This document shows positions 40,290-52,290 of a stretch of DNA of 64,000 bases, piece after piece. This DNA is from Squalus acanthias (taxonomy: Eukaryota): contig CM059432.1 of the NCBI GenBank assembly GCA_030390025.1, positions 49,168,001 to 49,232,000 of the forward strand, written 5' to 3'. Every line of letters starts with the position of its first letter. The first letter of the stretch is position 1. The translations under genes and the position numbers were made by a program. The notes beneath the pieces were generated by a model that saw nothing but the letters and a program-made list of their open reading frames with translations, was not told the origin of the DNA and ran no database searches.

Positions 40290-41732
40290 TTTTTTTATTA
40301 ATTCATGGGATGTGGGTGTCGCTGGCAAGGCCAGCATTTATTGCCCATCCCTAGTTGCCCTTGAGAAGGTGGTGGTGAGCCGCCTTCTTGACCAGTTGCA
40401 GTCCGTGTGGTGAAGGTACTCCCACAGTGCTGTTAGGGAGAGAGTTCCAGGATTTTGACCCAACGACGATGATGGAACGGCGATATACTTCCAAGTCAGG
40501 ATGGTGTGTGACTTGGAGGGGAAGTTGGAGGTGATGGTGTTCCCATGCGCCTGCTGCCCTTGTCCTTCTAGGTGGAAGGGGTCACGGGTTTGGGAGGTGC
40601 TGCCGAAGAAACCTTGGTGAGTTGCTGCAGTGCATCTTGTAGATGGTACACACTGCAGTCATGGTACGCCGGTGGTGGAGGGAGTGAATGTTTAAGGTGG
40701 TAGATGGGGTGCCAATCAAGCGGGCTGCTTTGTCTTGGATGGTGTTGAGCTTCTTGAGTGTTGTTGGAGCTGCACTCATCCAGGCAAGTGAAGAGTATTC
40801 CATCACACTCCTTACTTGTGCCTTGTAGATGGTGGAAAGGCTTTGGGGAGTCAGGAAGTGAGACACTCGCCGCAGAATACCTAGCCTCTGACCTGCTCTT
40901 GTTGCCACAGTATTTATGTGGCTGGTCCAGTTAAGTTTCTGGTCAATGGTGACCCCCAGGATATTGATGGTGGGAAATTCGGCGATGGTAATGCCGTTGA
41001 ATGTCAAGGGGCGGTGGTTAGATGCTCGCTTGTTGGAGATAGTCATTGCCTGGCACTTGTGTGGTGCGAATGTTACCTGCCACTTATCAGCCCAAGCCTG
41101 AATGTCGTCCAGGTCTTGCTGTATGCGGGCATGGACTGCGTCATTATCTGAGGAGTTGCAAATAGCACTGAACACTGTGCAGTCATCAGCGAACATCCCC
41201 ACTTCTGACCTTATTATGGAGGGAAGGTCATTGATGAAGCAGCTGAAGATGGTTGGGCCTAGGACACTGCCCTGAGGAACTCCTGCAGCGATGCCCTGGG
41301 GCTGTGATGATTGACCTCCAACCACCACAACCATCTTCCTTTGTGCTAGGTATGACTCCCGATTCCCATTGACCTCAGTTTTACTAGGGCTCCTTGATGC
41401 CACACTCGATCAAATGCTACCTTGATGTCAAGGGCAGTCACTCTCACATCACCTCTGGAATTCAGCTCTTTCGTCCATGTTTGGACCAAGGCTGTAATGA
41501 GGTCTGGAGCCGAGTGGTCCTGGCGGAACCTAAACTGGGCATCAGTGAACAGGTTAATGGTGAGTAAGTGCTGCTTGATAGCACTGTCAAAAACACCTTT
41601 CATCACTTTGCTGATGATTGAGAGTAGACTGATGGGGCTGTAATTGGCCGGGTTGGATTTGTCATGCTTTTTGTGAACAGCACATACCTGGGCAGCTTTC
41701 CACATTGTCGGATAGATGCCAGTGTTGTAGCC
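40290..41732 (-). mobile_element. Non-LTR retrotransposon RT and 3' end (CR1/L2-group family)
   Basis: ORFs 41346..41705 and 40582..41403: NYSPISLLS, LDIKVAFDRVWH, GVPQGSVLGP, MFADD. Confidence 0.93.
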
Positions 41733-41969
41733 GCGTTAACTACATTACAACAGCGGCTACACTTCAAAAGTATTTCATTGGCTGTAACGTGCTTTGGGAT
41801 GTCCTGATGTCATAAAAGGTGGCATATAAATGCAAGCTTTTTCTTAAATAACTTAGTAAAAATCTCAACAAATGCAAGTGGCAAAAAATGGGCATTCCTG
41901 AAGTGTTGGTGTATCAGAAACATCAGTGTTTATATTCAAGTTTAGCATGTAATGAAAAAAAAACGAATA

Positions 41970-42451
41970 GGGGGAAAAATTGGGTTGGTTTGCGCCTCGT
42001 TAGCGCCCCAAATTCCCTAGCGCCCGGTCGCGGCTAATGCCTCCCATGAAATTCAGCGGGAGGTTATCAGCAGCGGTAGCCGGTAGCGCCCAGCGCCCCA
42101 CCCGCAAACTTCCCTTGCACCCCCTGACCTATCGCCGCATGATATGTGCGACAGGATCAGGGGGCGGTTTGGCAGCGGTGGCGGCGCAAGTTACTTTAAT
42201 CAGGGGAGGAGGCCTGCAATGTCGCGGCATTACGTGCCACCACGCGTGGCGCAGCTGCACATAGCGCCGCAAAATTCACTAATAGCACCCCAAGCAGGAG
42301 ATGGAGCGCTTTCCCGTAGCGCCCCACCCCCTGCTCGGGGTGCTACTACACAATTTACAGCGGCGGGGGGCGGGGGGGGGGGCGGGTGGTACTAGAATTA
42401 GCGCCCCAGCGACGGTAGCGTCCCAAAATGGCGCCACCCAATTTTTCCCCC
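41970..42451. mobile_element. Harbinger MITE (family I), 482 bp
   Basis: Perfect 16-bp TIR GGGGGAAAAATTGGGT; TSD ATA at 41967-41969 and 42452-42454. Confidence 0.93.
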
Positions 42452-43225
42452 ATAGTCTTCTCACTCTGTTATGTGCCAAAGTGAAGCAATAGGATCAACA
42501 ACAGTAATTAAAATTGTCGCTGTTTTAATAAGCCTTCAGCAGATCATTTAAAAGCAATTTGTAAAGAAATATCTCAAGATCAGATACAAAGAAGTATTAT
42601 ATCTGTGAAAATTAATTATTACATACTGTCTGTAATTAATTGCTACATATTGCATGAACTGACAAGTTACGTTTACCTACTTTTCTACATAAAATTACCT
42701 ATTTATCTGCAATGCTACACTTTATCTTCCTATTTCCAGCTGCTTGAGAGGCATAAGTGTTTTTTTTTCCAAAAGAAATAAATATAGCAACCATATCGAA
42801 GACAAATTTACCATTCTGACCGCACAAAGGATCGTTCATAAGTATTTATAACAGTTGTAGAAATGATTAAATCACTAAAATATGATTTGAGTGGTTGGAA
42901 AGACTTACAGGCTACTAACTGACGATGACTTACTCCTTTAAAAAAAAACCTGTATTAGTATCTGTTTGCTCGTGAGATTGGTAGTATAGCGACAGGTATA
43001 AACTGAGATGGTCAAGTACTTCACAAGGCTAAACTGTTCCTGTATCGTGGGGCAGAGCAGACTCGCCTGGAGGGCAACAGGGCAAAGCTGAACAGTGGCG
43101 ATGTGAGCACATATGAGTATGTTTGGGTGTCATTTTGATTTTGGCCAATAAATAGTGTAAAACCGGCAAGAGCAAATCGGTAGCTCGTTTTACATCTCTC
43201 CTAATTTGCATTTGCATTGAAAAAT

Positions 43226-44236
43226 GGGGGTAAATTATAACCCCTCCCCTGACCCCCCCCCCCCCCCCAAGCGTGAATGGTGCAATGGGAGGGGTTAAGA
43301 TCAGGCCAAGTCCATTTACGCACAGTTCTCGCCCGGCAACATCTTATCTTCACCGACTTTGAAGTCACGCTACAGAACGTGACTCAACATCGTTGTCTGT
43401 CTTTCCAGTTTTTAAAAGAAAAACACACACCAAAAAAAAAGTTAAAAGCTCAACTGCAGACAGCAGGATTTGACACGTTGGACCCCCTGTGACCCATCTC
43501 ATTGTCTTGGCTGTGCTCTGGTGTGTCTTTGATGTAAGGCCTCCCTGAAAGATTGTATCTCTGCAGACAAATTGCTTTCGGTGTTTATATACTGTGAAAT
43601 ATTGTAGATTCCCTCATTGTAACTCTACCTGACGAAGGGGCAACAGCTCCGAAAGCTTGTAATTTTAAATAAATCTGTTGGACTATAACCTGGTGTTGTG
43701 CGACTTCTCATTTTTGTCCACCCCAGTCCAACACCGGCATCTCCCCATCATGACTTTGAAGTCGTCCAAGGCTCCCGCTGCAGGCGAGCCAGGGACTAAT
43801 TAAAATTTAAAAGCCATCATCAGTGCTGCAACGTGATTTGTATGATGACGCGGGGAGGCCTGCCTGGTGTCAAACCCGCCAGAGGCCAAGCTAAGTAAGA
43901 TATTTTATTCTTCGGGAAGAAATCCTCAGGCCTCTCTTGCCCGGGCGTCCCCCACCCTCTCCACATCGGCATTTGTTTGGGGAGAAAGAACCCCCTACCC
44001 CTTAACTTATGCCGGGGTCCGTTCCCAAATGTCCTCACCGGAGGACGGCTCCCGCCCGCTGGCCTTAACGTCATGCCCGCCAGCTTCCTGCTGGACACTG
44101 GTTTTAAACATGGCCCTTCTGTGAAAATCAGCCAGTTCTCCACTCCCCGGGTTTTGTCGCCCGCTTCGGGGCTCGTGTGCACTGTACTCGATTTCCCTCC
44201 CCCCCCCCCCGCCCCACCCCAATTAAAATTGGGGCC
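43226..44236. mobile_element. Harbinger-type MITE (family II) hosting a Penelope pLTR
   Basis: Ends gggggtaaattataac / ttaaaattggggcc. Confidence 0.65.
43364..43751 (+). mobile_element. Solo Penelope pseudo-LTR with tail and hammerhead motif (43626-43661)
   Basis: Homologous to 3824-4186; 12-bp duplication GACTTTGAAGTC at 43355-43366 and 43752-43763. Confidence 0.9.
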
Positions 44237-44307
44237 TTTGTGTTCATTTTTGTTTCAGGTTCAGAACTGAGAATTGATAAATTTATATGACAGGCTTTCT
44301 ACAATGG

Positions 44308-45811
44308 TGACAAATGCCAGCTGTAATAACATTCTCTCCGGTCCTGAGGGTTTCTACTGGCTCAAGAATGGGGCCTTGGTGCCAAAGAGCAAACCTCCTT
44401 CAGTTACTTTCTTCTGCTAACCTCACTCTTTAAAGAGGTTACCTTTTGCCATTGGTGTTTAGCTCCTTTAATGCCTAAAATAAATATCTCTGCAAAAAGA
44501 GAAGAAATGTGGACCAGATGAAAATTTTTTTAAAAATATTTTCATGCAACTTCCTCCCTTGCATCATTTCTACATAAAACATAGTGGATTTTTGTCCCTC
44601 TGAGAGCCCATATTTAATAAGGGTAGTTTTTGTAACCATTTCAACACCCATTATGAAAAGAGACAAATTGAAAGCAGGCAGCAACTTCACTCCCCTGCTA
44701 CAAGCCTTTTTTTAAATCACCATAGTGGGTAAACCAATGCCATCTTTGTGGCAAACAACTTCAAAGTGTTTTTATTTGATGGATACCAGGCAAAACCATT
44801 CTAAAATAATGCATCTGCCATACCGGGGAGACAGGAAAATGCTGACACAGAAGTGCAGACGTGGGGTAATCAAGGTTCATACAGATCACATTTAGTCAAC
44901 CAAAGGCATAAGTTTTCAAGCAACATTTTGAGTGAAAAATAACATTGCAATAATTAAAATTGTTTTTTACATTTAGAAACAAGAGGGAAGTTAGAGCTCC
45001 TAAAATGGCAATTTCTTCTCAAGGGCAATTAGGGATGGGCAATAAATGCTGGCCTTGTCAGTGACGCCCACATCCCATAAACGAATACATTTTAAAAAAT
45101 GACATCTAACTGTGGCATGTAAATATTTTTACTGAAATCCCTGAATGCAAGTCTTTTTTCTAGCTGGAGGACCAGACATACATAGTATTAATGTACAGAA
45201 CTGGATCCATCAAATAATTAAAATCCATGTGCACTCGCAGAATAATACTTACATCACACATTGGAGTGTAATGCAATCAAACTGCATTACTACCACATAC
45301 ATAGCCTTTTGTATCAGTAAAATGTAATCAAAAGTTCTAAATATGTATCTTTCAGAAAATAACATTTTGGGATACAGTATATGAGTCATTTGAGACATGA
45401 AATGTGGTGAGTGTAGCATGCTTGAAGGAACGGACGACTTTGGACCTACGGTTCCCAAAGCTCTGCACCACTGGAGTATTCCTCGCGTCCTGGGTCTGTT
45501 GTAGACTAATTGAAAGAGATTGATTGCTATGATTAGTGAACAACTCCATTATCATTATCAACTCCATCTAGTTTGCCTTCTACCATCCTGGTGGTCGTAT
45601 GATATAATGACAAATGTCAGCTGTAATAATATTCTCTCTGGTCCTGAGGGTTTCTACTGGCTCAAGAATGGGGTCTTGATACCAGAGAACAAACCTCCTC
45701 CAGTTACTTTCTTCTGCTAACCTCACTATTTAAAGAGGTTACCTTTTGCCACTGGTGCTCAGCTCTTTTAAAGTCTGAAGTAAATACCTCTGCAAAAAAG
45801 AGAAATGTGGA
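44308..45811. repeat. Local duplication of a ~205-bp unique segment (44308-44513 and 45608-45811)
   Basis: Direct alignment, roughly 90% identical by eye. Confidence 0.93.
45015..45090 (+). mobile_element. 3' tail of the CR1/L2-group LINE family
   Basis: ctcaagggcaattagggatgggcaataaatgctggcc..cccacatccc. Confidence 0.75.
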
Positions 45812-46347
45812 TTAAAAAGAGATTGATTGCTATGATTAGTGAACAACTCCATTATCGTTGCATCATGTGACTACCAAGATGGTGGAAGGCGAACTAGATA
45901 GACTTTGGTCTTTACCATCTAGTAATTCCGATATTCCGATGTATCTACCTAGAGTTAAAGATTCTAATAAGTCGAATGATGGCCTAATATAAAATGAAGG
46001 CAACAAATAGCCTGACATCACCTTCATCCTGACACAGGATTATAGAGTACAAGCTGTTATAAAACTATACGGTGACTAGGCTTGGTTTTAATTTTATTTC
46101 TATGCATTAACATAAAGAAGTGAACAACAGTTAGGGCCCACTAATAAAGCAGAGGCAGGATCTGAGCAGGTGTGGGGGTTGATAGCGACGACTAACTCGC
46201 AACCTCGTGGGACATGTGGGAATGTCCGATTTCAACAGCATTGCCTCAATTTCATTTTATTTCTGGGATTCGCATCTCCACTGCATGTGAGCGGGCGTGA
46301 TGCCTGTGAGCGGGCTCAATTTGTTCTGTGAATTACAAGTTGAGAGA

Positions 46348-49320
46348 TGGAATCAAGGAGGGAAAAGGTTGCACCCAGATTCAATGACGTTTCCCTGGAC
46401 TTACTGCCTATGCAGTAAGGGCGAGGAAGGAGGTCTTTTTCCCAAGCAATGGGGAAATAAAACCTACTGCCACAACAAAGAAGATGTGGTCGGATGTGGC
46501 CCAAGAGGTCAACAGCAGGAGTGTGATCATGAGGACTTGGAGGCAGTGCAGGAAACATTTTAATGACCTAACCCGGTCAGGAAAGGTAAGCTAAGTTGAA
46601 AGTTCACCTACATCCTGTAGCACATTGCCCCTTCTCACTCTGTCTTGTCAAACATACTCCATTCACATCTCTCCTCACACCTACTTAAGTTTCAGCAGCA
46701 TCCATCGTCCCTTTCTATGCACTTCCTCACCTCCCCCTTCCTCCATCCACTACTGGCACTCACCCCAATCCTTATGTAATGTGATATCACCTCAGTTAGC
46801 TCCCACTATTCTCAGCGCACATTCTCAAATGCATGCCAGTGCCACTTGTGATGCATCTGCCTAATAGTCACCCTCGGCGAATGCACTGCGACCATCAGAT
46901 GCACATGTGCCTTACAGCCACTCATAGGTCTGCTGTGCCTTCTTGCAGAAGAGAGTGCAAAATACAAGGGAGAGGGAAAGGACCAGAGGCGACCCCCCAG
47001 ATTGTGGAGCTCACAAATGCCAAACAGGAGGCTTTGGACATAAGTAGCATATCAGCGTCCCTGACCATCAGAGATGGAGAGATTGGGGGGGCAAAAATTC
47101 GGTACAGCTCCATTTGGAGCGCTAAAACTTTAAGGGCTAGAAATGCGGTGCAATTGCGCCTCTCGATAGCGCAAACGACTTTTCGCCCGGGCGCAGCACT
47201 GCTAACGACTCCCACTAATTCAGCGGGAATTTAGCGGTGGAGGTAACCGGTAGCGCCCTGCTCCACTGGCGATAACGACATCATCACCGTGCGCAGCACC
47301 CCGTTTCCGCCCCACCTGCAAAATTGGCCCGCGTCCCCTGAATCTGCGCCGGGCAATGACAGCGACCGATTCAGGGTGCGGGAACGGAGCAGCAGGAGGC
47401 TTGCGGGGCGATAAGTAAAGGGAAAGTGGCGGGCGGGAAAAAAAAATTGGTCGACTTACTTGTCGCGGCCCGTTGCCTCTTTGAACGCGGGGTCCATGCC
47501 ACGATCTGGCAGCCCGGCACTCCTCTTGTGTGCCAGGCTGCTGGCACGGCACCCCACTCCCCGGTGGTCCAGGTAGGGCCCCGCAGAGTTGTGGGATTGG
47601 GCCCTCCCCTTTAATGAGGGGAAGAGCCCTTCCTTGCGGCAGTGCTACGTAGCCCAGTGTGTAGCGCTGTAGAACACACCGCCCCGATATTTGGGGTTAG
47701 TGCTCTAAGAAGGAAGTGGAGCGCTTGAATTAGTGCTCCACCTCCCTCTTGGGGCGCTAGAACTGAAGTTACCAATCGCTGGCACTATTTTTTGCCTGGC
47801 GCTGAATTTAGCGCCCAGGCGATGTTAGCGACCCAAAATGGTCGCTAATGAATTTCCCCCCCTAAAAGTTGAAGAATTAGCGTCAGGCGCTAATCATTGT
47901 CGACTTCCGCAAAATTCATTGTTAGCGCTCCAAGAGGGAAGTGGAGCGCTAAATCAAGCGCTACACTCCTAACTTAGGGCCATAACCTCTGAGAGTGGGG
48001 CGCTACCAGCAGAGCGATAAAGAAGGTCATGCGCAGTCCAAACGGCACTCTTTAATCACACAGGCTGCATCCATCTCTTAAAGGGAAGGGCCAATCACAC
48101 TGTATAACCTCAGTCATCAGTGGTGTTTTTCAACGCGATCTGGGCGACTGCCATTGCAGCCCCCAGCACTTTCAGAAAGTGCAGCGTTTGGAGATGTTTG
48201 AGGAAAAGGTGTAAAAACATTTGCGCAGGCAGCAGACTGGTGCAAGTAATAAATAGTGCGATCAATGAAAGCGCCTTTTTCGCGATGTTCAAGCGACACG
48301 GAAGCATTCCCTTTAATTACCGCTCCTGCAGTGCACTTCCGAGTGCACAAATCCTCCTCTTACTGGCGTTGTCGGCGCGAGGCACTAAAGCAGGGGCGAA
48401 AGGCAATTTTGCATCGGGGCCGTTAACGGGGCATTGCACACGCATTGACGTCACCATGTGAGAGGCATTAGAGGCCTAGGCACTAACAGTTAGCGCCAGT
48501 GCTAATTCACCACTGAAGGTCGCGTGCAGCATTGGATTCGCCGCGGCCAGGCGCTAACCCCTTCGCGCCCCCGCCAGGCGCTAACATGAGGCGCTAACCT
48601 ACCGAATATTGCGGCCTGGGACTTTGTTGCTGCAGGGTGACAGAATTAACCTCTCCGACCCACATCTCCTACAAGACTAAGTCACCTTGACTTGAATTAA
48701 GCATTGAGTGAAATATCATCTTAAACATGTGGAGTTGCAATATTTTTGCATTCTCATGACTAAATCATATCCGTCTCTTCTCTCCTCAGAGCCATCACGC
48801 GAAGAACAGCAGTCTTCACCCAGAGATGACGAGGATTCCTCAGAGGAGCTCATTCCTTCTGAGGGTGCACTGTCACAGGATACATGCCAGCCAGGCGCCA
48901 GGGCTAATACAAGCACTTCGGTGGGTCCTCTTGGACAGTTAGGTGGGTTCTCACCTGGTGACTCACAGTTCACAAGCGAGCACGAGCAGAGAGTGGTGGT
49001 AGGGACAGCTGTGGAAAGTCCATGTCGGAGGGCGCACTCCTCTACAAGCTCTGCTCAGCTGGGCATAGAAACTGAATCCCAGGGGCCATGAATGAAAAGG
49101 AGAGTGGTAGAGGGTCAGCAGAAAATTTGCGAGGTACTAGCAGATGTGTCAGGCACACTGTCCACAACAGCACAGAGGATGGAGGAGTCCAGCTGAAGTA
49201 TTTGTGAATGGATGTCACAGGCCATTGCGAGGACGTTTTCCATGGATAGTCTGGCCTCACCTGTGGAACTTCAATTGCATAACTCTAATCAGTCCATGCA
49301 GGCCCTGACCACAGCCGTGC
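46348..49320 (+). pseudogene. Harbinger Myb/SANT-like gene, spliced, disrupted
   Basis: MESRREKVAPRFND..WSDVAQEVNSRSVIMRTWRQCRKHFNDLTRSGK|gtaag; exon 2 (from ~46949) split by MITEs; exon 3 from ~48791. Confidence 0.82.
47087..48616. mobile_element. Harbinger family-I MITE in Myb exon 2, containing a second MITE at 47134-47862
   Basis: Outer TSD TGG, inner TSD TAA; removing both restores exon peptide TIRDGEIGTLLLQ. Confidence 0.85.
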
Positions 49321-49329
49321 AAACTGTTG

Positions 49330-49664
49330 CAGCAGCCAATTTGCGCACCAGCTCCCAAACAGCGATGTGATAATGACCAGATAATCGTTTTTTAGTGATG
49401 TTGATTAAGGGATAAATATTGGCCAGGACACCGGGAATAAGTCCCCTGCTCTTCTTCAATATAGTGCAATGGGATCTTTTACGTCCACCTGAGAGAGCAG
49501 ACGGGGCCTCGGTTTAACATCTCATCTGAAAAACGGCACCTCCCTCAGTACTGCACTGGACTGGTTGCTGAGATTTTTGTGCTCAAGTCTCTGGAGTGGA
49601 ACTTGAAGCACACGACCTTCTGATTCAGATGCGAGGGTGCTACCCACTGAGCCACGGCTGACAC
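49330..49664 (-). mobile_element. DeuSINE inside Harbinger
   Basis: Reverse complement of 20488-20840. Confidence 0.88.
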
Positions 49665-49989
49665 GAGGTAGGGAAAGGAAGAAAAAATCTTTGTAGTTTA
49701 CCGAGGGTATGCACATGGGTGTTTATGAAAATGTTGTTATTATGTTTCATTTATTTATTTATTCACATAAAATTTATTAATTTGCATTACTTTCCCGTGT
49801 TCACCATTCTTGCTTGCCAAGTGGCAACTCAGGTTTTCAGTAGCTTGGTGATGAATGTGAAGACGTAAATTGATTGAGACCAATTGGTGTATGTGCAATG
49901 GGTGGATGGTTGCTTACAGGACTGTTTTGTCTCAGTGAGGGAGGCGGGGGGATGTGATAGTTACTTTGGTTCAGTGTGAGTGACTAACT

Positions 49990-51190
49990 GAACCTTCGAG
50001 CTATTAGGGCAATGTGATCGGCTCGTTGGGGATTCAATCTTCATCTTCATCCTCTTCATTGGATTCCTCATCAGATGAAGAGTGCTGAGCGGCTTGTTGC
50101 TCCTTCACCTCTAGTACTCGCTGCTGCACGATGTTGTGCAGAATGCAGCACATCACGATTATCCTAGAGATTCTCACTGACGAGTATTGAAGTGCGCCTC
50201 CAGACCTATCCAGGCACCTGAAGCGCATCTTGAGCATGCCAATGGCTTGCTCGATGACATAGCTGGTTGTCATATGGCTGGCACTGTAGCGCTCTTGAGG
50301 TTCATTGGAGGATTCGCTCAGAGGTATCATCAGCCAGGTTTGAAGGGGGTATCCTTTGTCACCTTGCAGCCACCCCGTAAGGGTGGTTTCACGTACGAAC
50401 AGGTCGGGGATATTGGATTGCCGCAGTATGAAAGCAAAATGACAGCTCCCAGGGAATCTGGTGTTGCACACCAACTGAACATTGATGAAATGAAATCCCT
50501 TACGGTTGACAAATGCTCCTGGTTGATCTGGTGGTGCTCGGATTGCCACGTGTATGCAATCAATGACACCCTGTTCTTGTGGAAAGTCAGCCTGGCTATT
50601 TTCATTACTGGGGAAGTTTACAAAACATCCCAGCCAATGTTCCCTTTAAGCTGCGTGACTGGCAGACCGGCCTTTAAATGGAAAACGTGCAAAGCGTGGA
50701 ATTTTGAATGGGTCACGCTGCCCCTTATGGGGCCATACGGCCCAAAAACAATTAGAGGGATCATTGCTCCCTAGCAAACAATCCATCAGTCACCTGCTGT
50801 ATGCATTTATGTGCAGCGGACTGTGAGACCCTCGATATGTCTCCAGTAGCGCTCTGGAAGGAACCAGAGGCAAATAAATTGAGTGCGGGGTGACTTTCAA
50901 AGCCACTGGTAATGTGTGTCCGCCAGGTCCAGCAGGTAGCAGGTCTTCTTCTAAGATGCTGCAAATGCCTGCTATCACCTGACGTGACAATCTCAGCCTC
51001 TGGAAGCATTGCTCTTCCGAGAGGTCAAGGAAGCTGAGCCTCTGTCTGTACATGCTGATATGTGGGTAGTGCCTCCTGTGAACTCGACCCCTCTGTTGCT
51101 CCCCTCTCTGTTGTCCACCTGCAGCTCCCTTCACAGCACTGTTTGTCTTCGTTGTCTGAAGTCCAATTTCGAGCAGCCCTGATGCCATCC
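49990..51190 (-). pseudogene. Harbinger DDE transposase, disrupted
   Basis: LNLFASGSFQ, NRKGFHFINVQLVC, WLQGDKGYP, VIEQAIGMLKMRFRCLD. Confidence 0.92.
50635..50766. mobile_element. hAT-like MITE in the transposase gene
   Basis: TIRs CAATGTTCCCTTTAA / CAATGATCCCTCTAA, same type as 7759-7880; TSD degenerate. Confidence 0.75.
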
Positions 51191-51654
51191 ATCCTCTCAC
51201 GTGTACTCTCACCAAACCTTTACCCAGAGGGAGCTGAGAAAGCAGTTGTGAACACTGAGCCTTTGTTCATATTGGGACACCTGACCTTTAACCAACCCCA
51301 TGAAGTGCCCCTCAATCTTGCCTTCATTTCTGTGCTGTAAATACTACGTAATATGATGTAAAACCTGTGCAGGAGGCGTTAATTTCAAATCGCTGCCAAA
51401 ATCTCAATAAAAGACCCTCATTATAATCACTGACCCGCCTCTCCAGAATGAGTTACTCGGATGCACCCAAACCCGCCGCGGTTAAATGGGAAGTAGGCAC
51501 GTTTGCAGTGGGTTGGGGTCAGGGTGTAGATTTTTGCCAATTTAACGCCCCCCCCGCCCCACCCCCGACCCTCTCCGGGGAGGTTAAAATTCCCCCCTTA
51601 GTTTCAATTTTAGAGTGGTGTGGAAATTCCCTTAGACCCATTATCAGGCCATGA

Positions 51655-51800
51655 AATGGGCGCCATGCATGCCCCGCCTGGGAGCTGCCGGCACCTGTCG
51701 CGCCTCTCCCATTTTACAAAGATCAATGTTGAGCCGCTTGTGTCGCCGGCAACGGCACAATGGTAAGTCCCAGGACGGGGGAAGAGCGGGAGTGCTGTAG
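51655..51800 (+). promoter_or_regulatory. CpG-rich promoter-like patch with RFX X-box-like motif and ATG|GTAAGT
   Basis: GTCGCCGGCAAC at 51742-51753; ATG 51760-51762 followed by consensus donor. Confidence 0.35.
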
Positions 51801-51894
51801 TCCTACAGTGGGGCTTGAACTCACAGCTTTCTGCCTCAGAAGCAAAAGTTACAAACTGAGCCAGGATGACACCTTGTACAACATTGTTCAGCAA

Positions 51895-52290
51895 ATCATA
51901 GAATCTTACAACACAGAAGGAGGCCATTCGGCCCATTGGGCTTGTGTCGGCTCTTTGAATTCCAATTTAGTCCCACATCCCAGCCTTTTCCCCAAATTAG
52001 TCCTCATCAAGTACAGGTCCAATTGCCTTTTGAAAGTTCCTATGGAATCTGCTTCCACCACCCTTCAGGCAGTGCATTCCAGATCGTAACAACCCTTTGT
52101 GTAAAAAAGTTTCTTCTCATTTCCTCTCTACTTCTGCCAATTATTTTATATCTATGGCCTCTGATTACCAACCCACTTGCCAGAGGAAACAGTTTCCCCC
52201 TACCTGCTCTAAACGCCTCACAATTTTGAATACTTCTATTAGGTCTTCCCATAACTTTCTCTGCTTCTCCAATCTCTCCACATAACTAAA
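51895..52290 (-). mobile_element. CR1 3' fragment
   Basis: RGHRYKIIG..MRRNFFTQRVVTIWNALP. Confidence 0.88.

Larger units (their letters stand above)
38592..41845 (+). mobile_element. DeuSINE split in three (38592-38797, 40155-40285, 41735-41845) by MITEs and a LINE
   Basis: Consecutive SINE segments resume after each insertion when compared with 20488-20907. Confidence 0.85.
46134..51597. mobile_element. Defective PIF/Harbinger transposon (family II) with nested insertions
   Basis: TTA flanks both ends; right TIR ggttaaaattcccccc, left TIR degenerate; Myb-like (+) and transposase (-) genes. Confidence 0.82.

Noticed and set aside
45253..45505. Coding exon on minus strand
   Set aside because: Splice sites plausible and one frame open, but phases are incompatible with neighbouring candidate exons; mentioned only as a possible non-coding exon.
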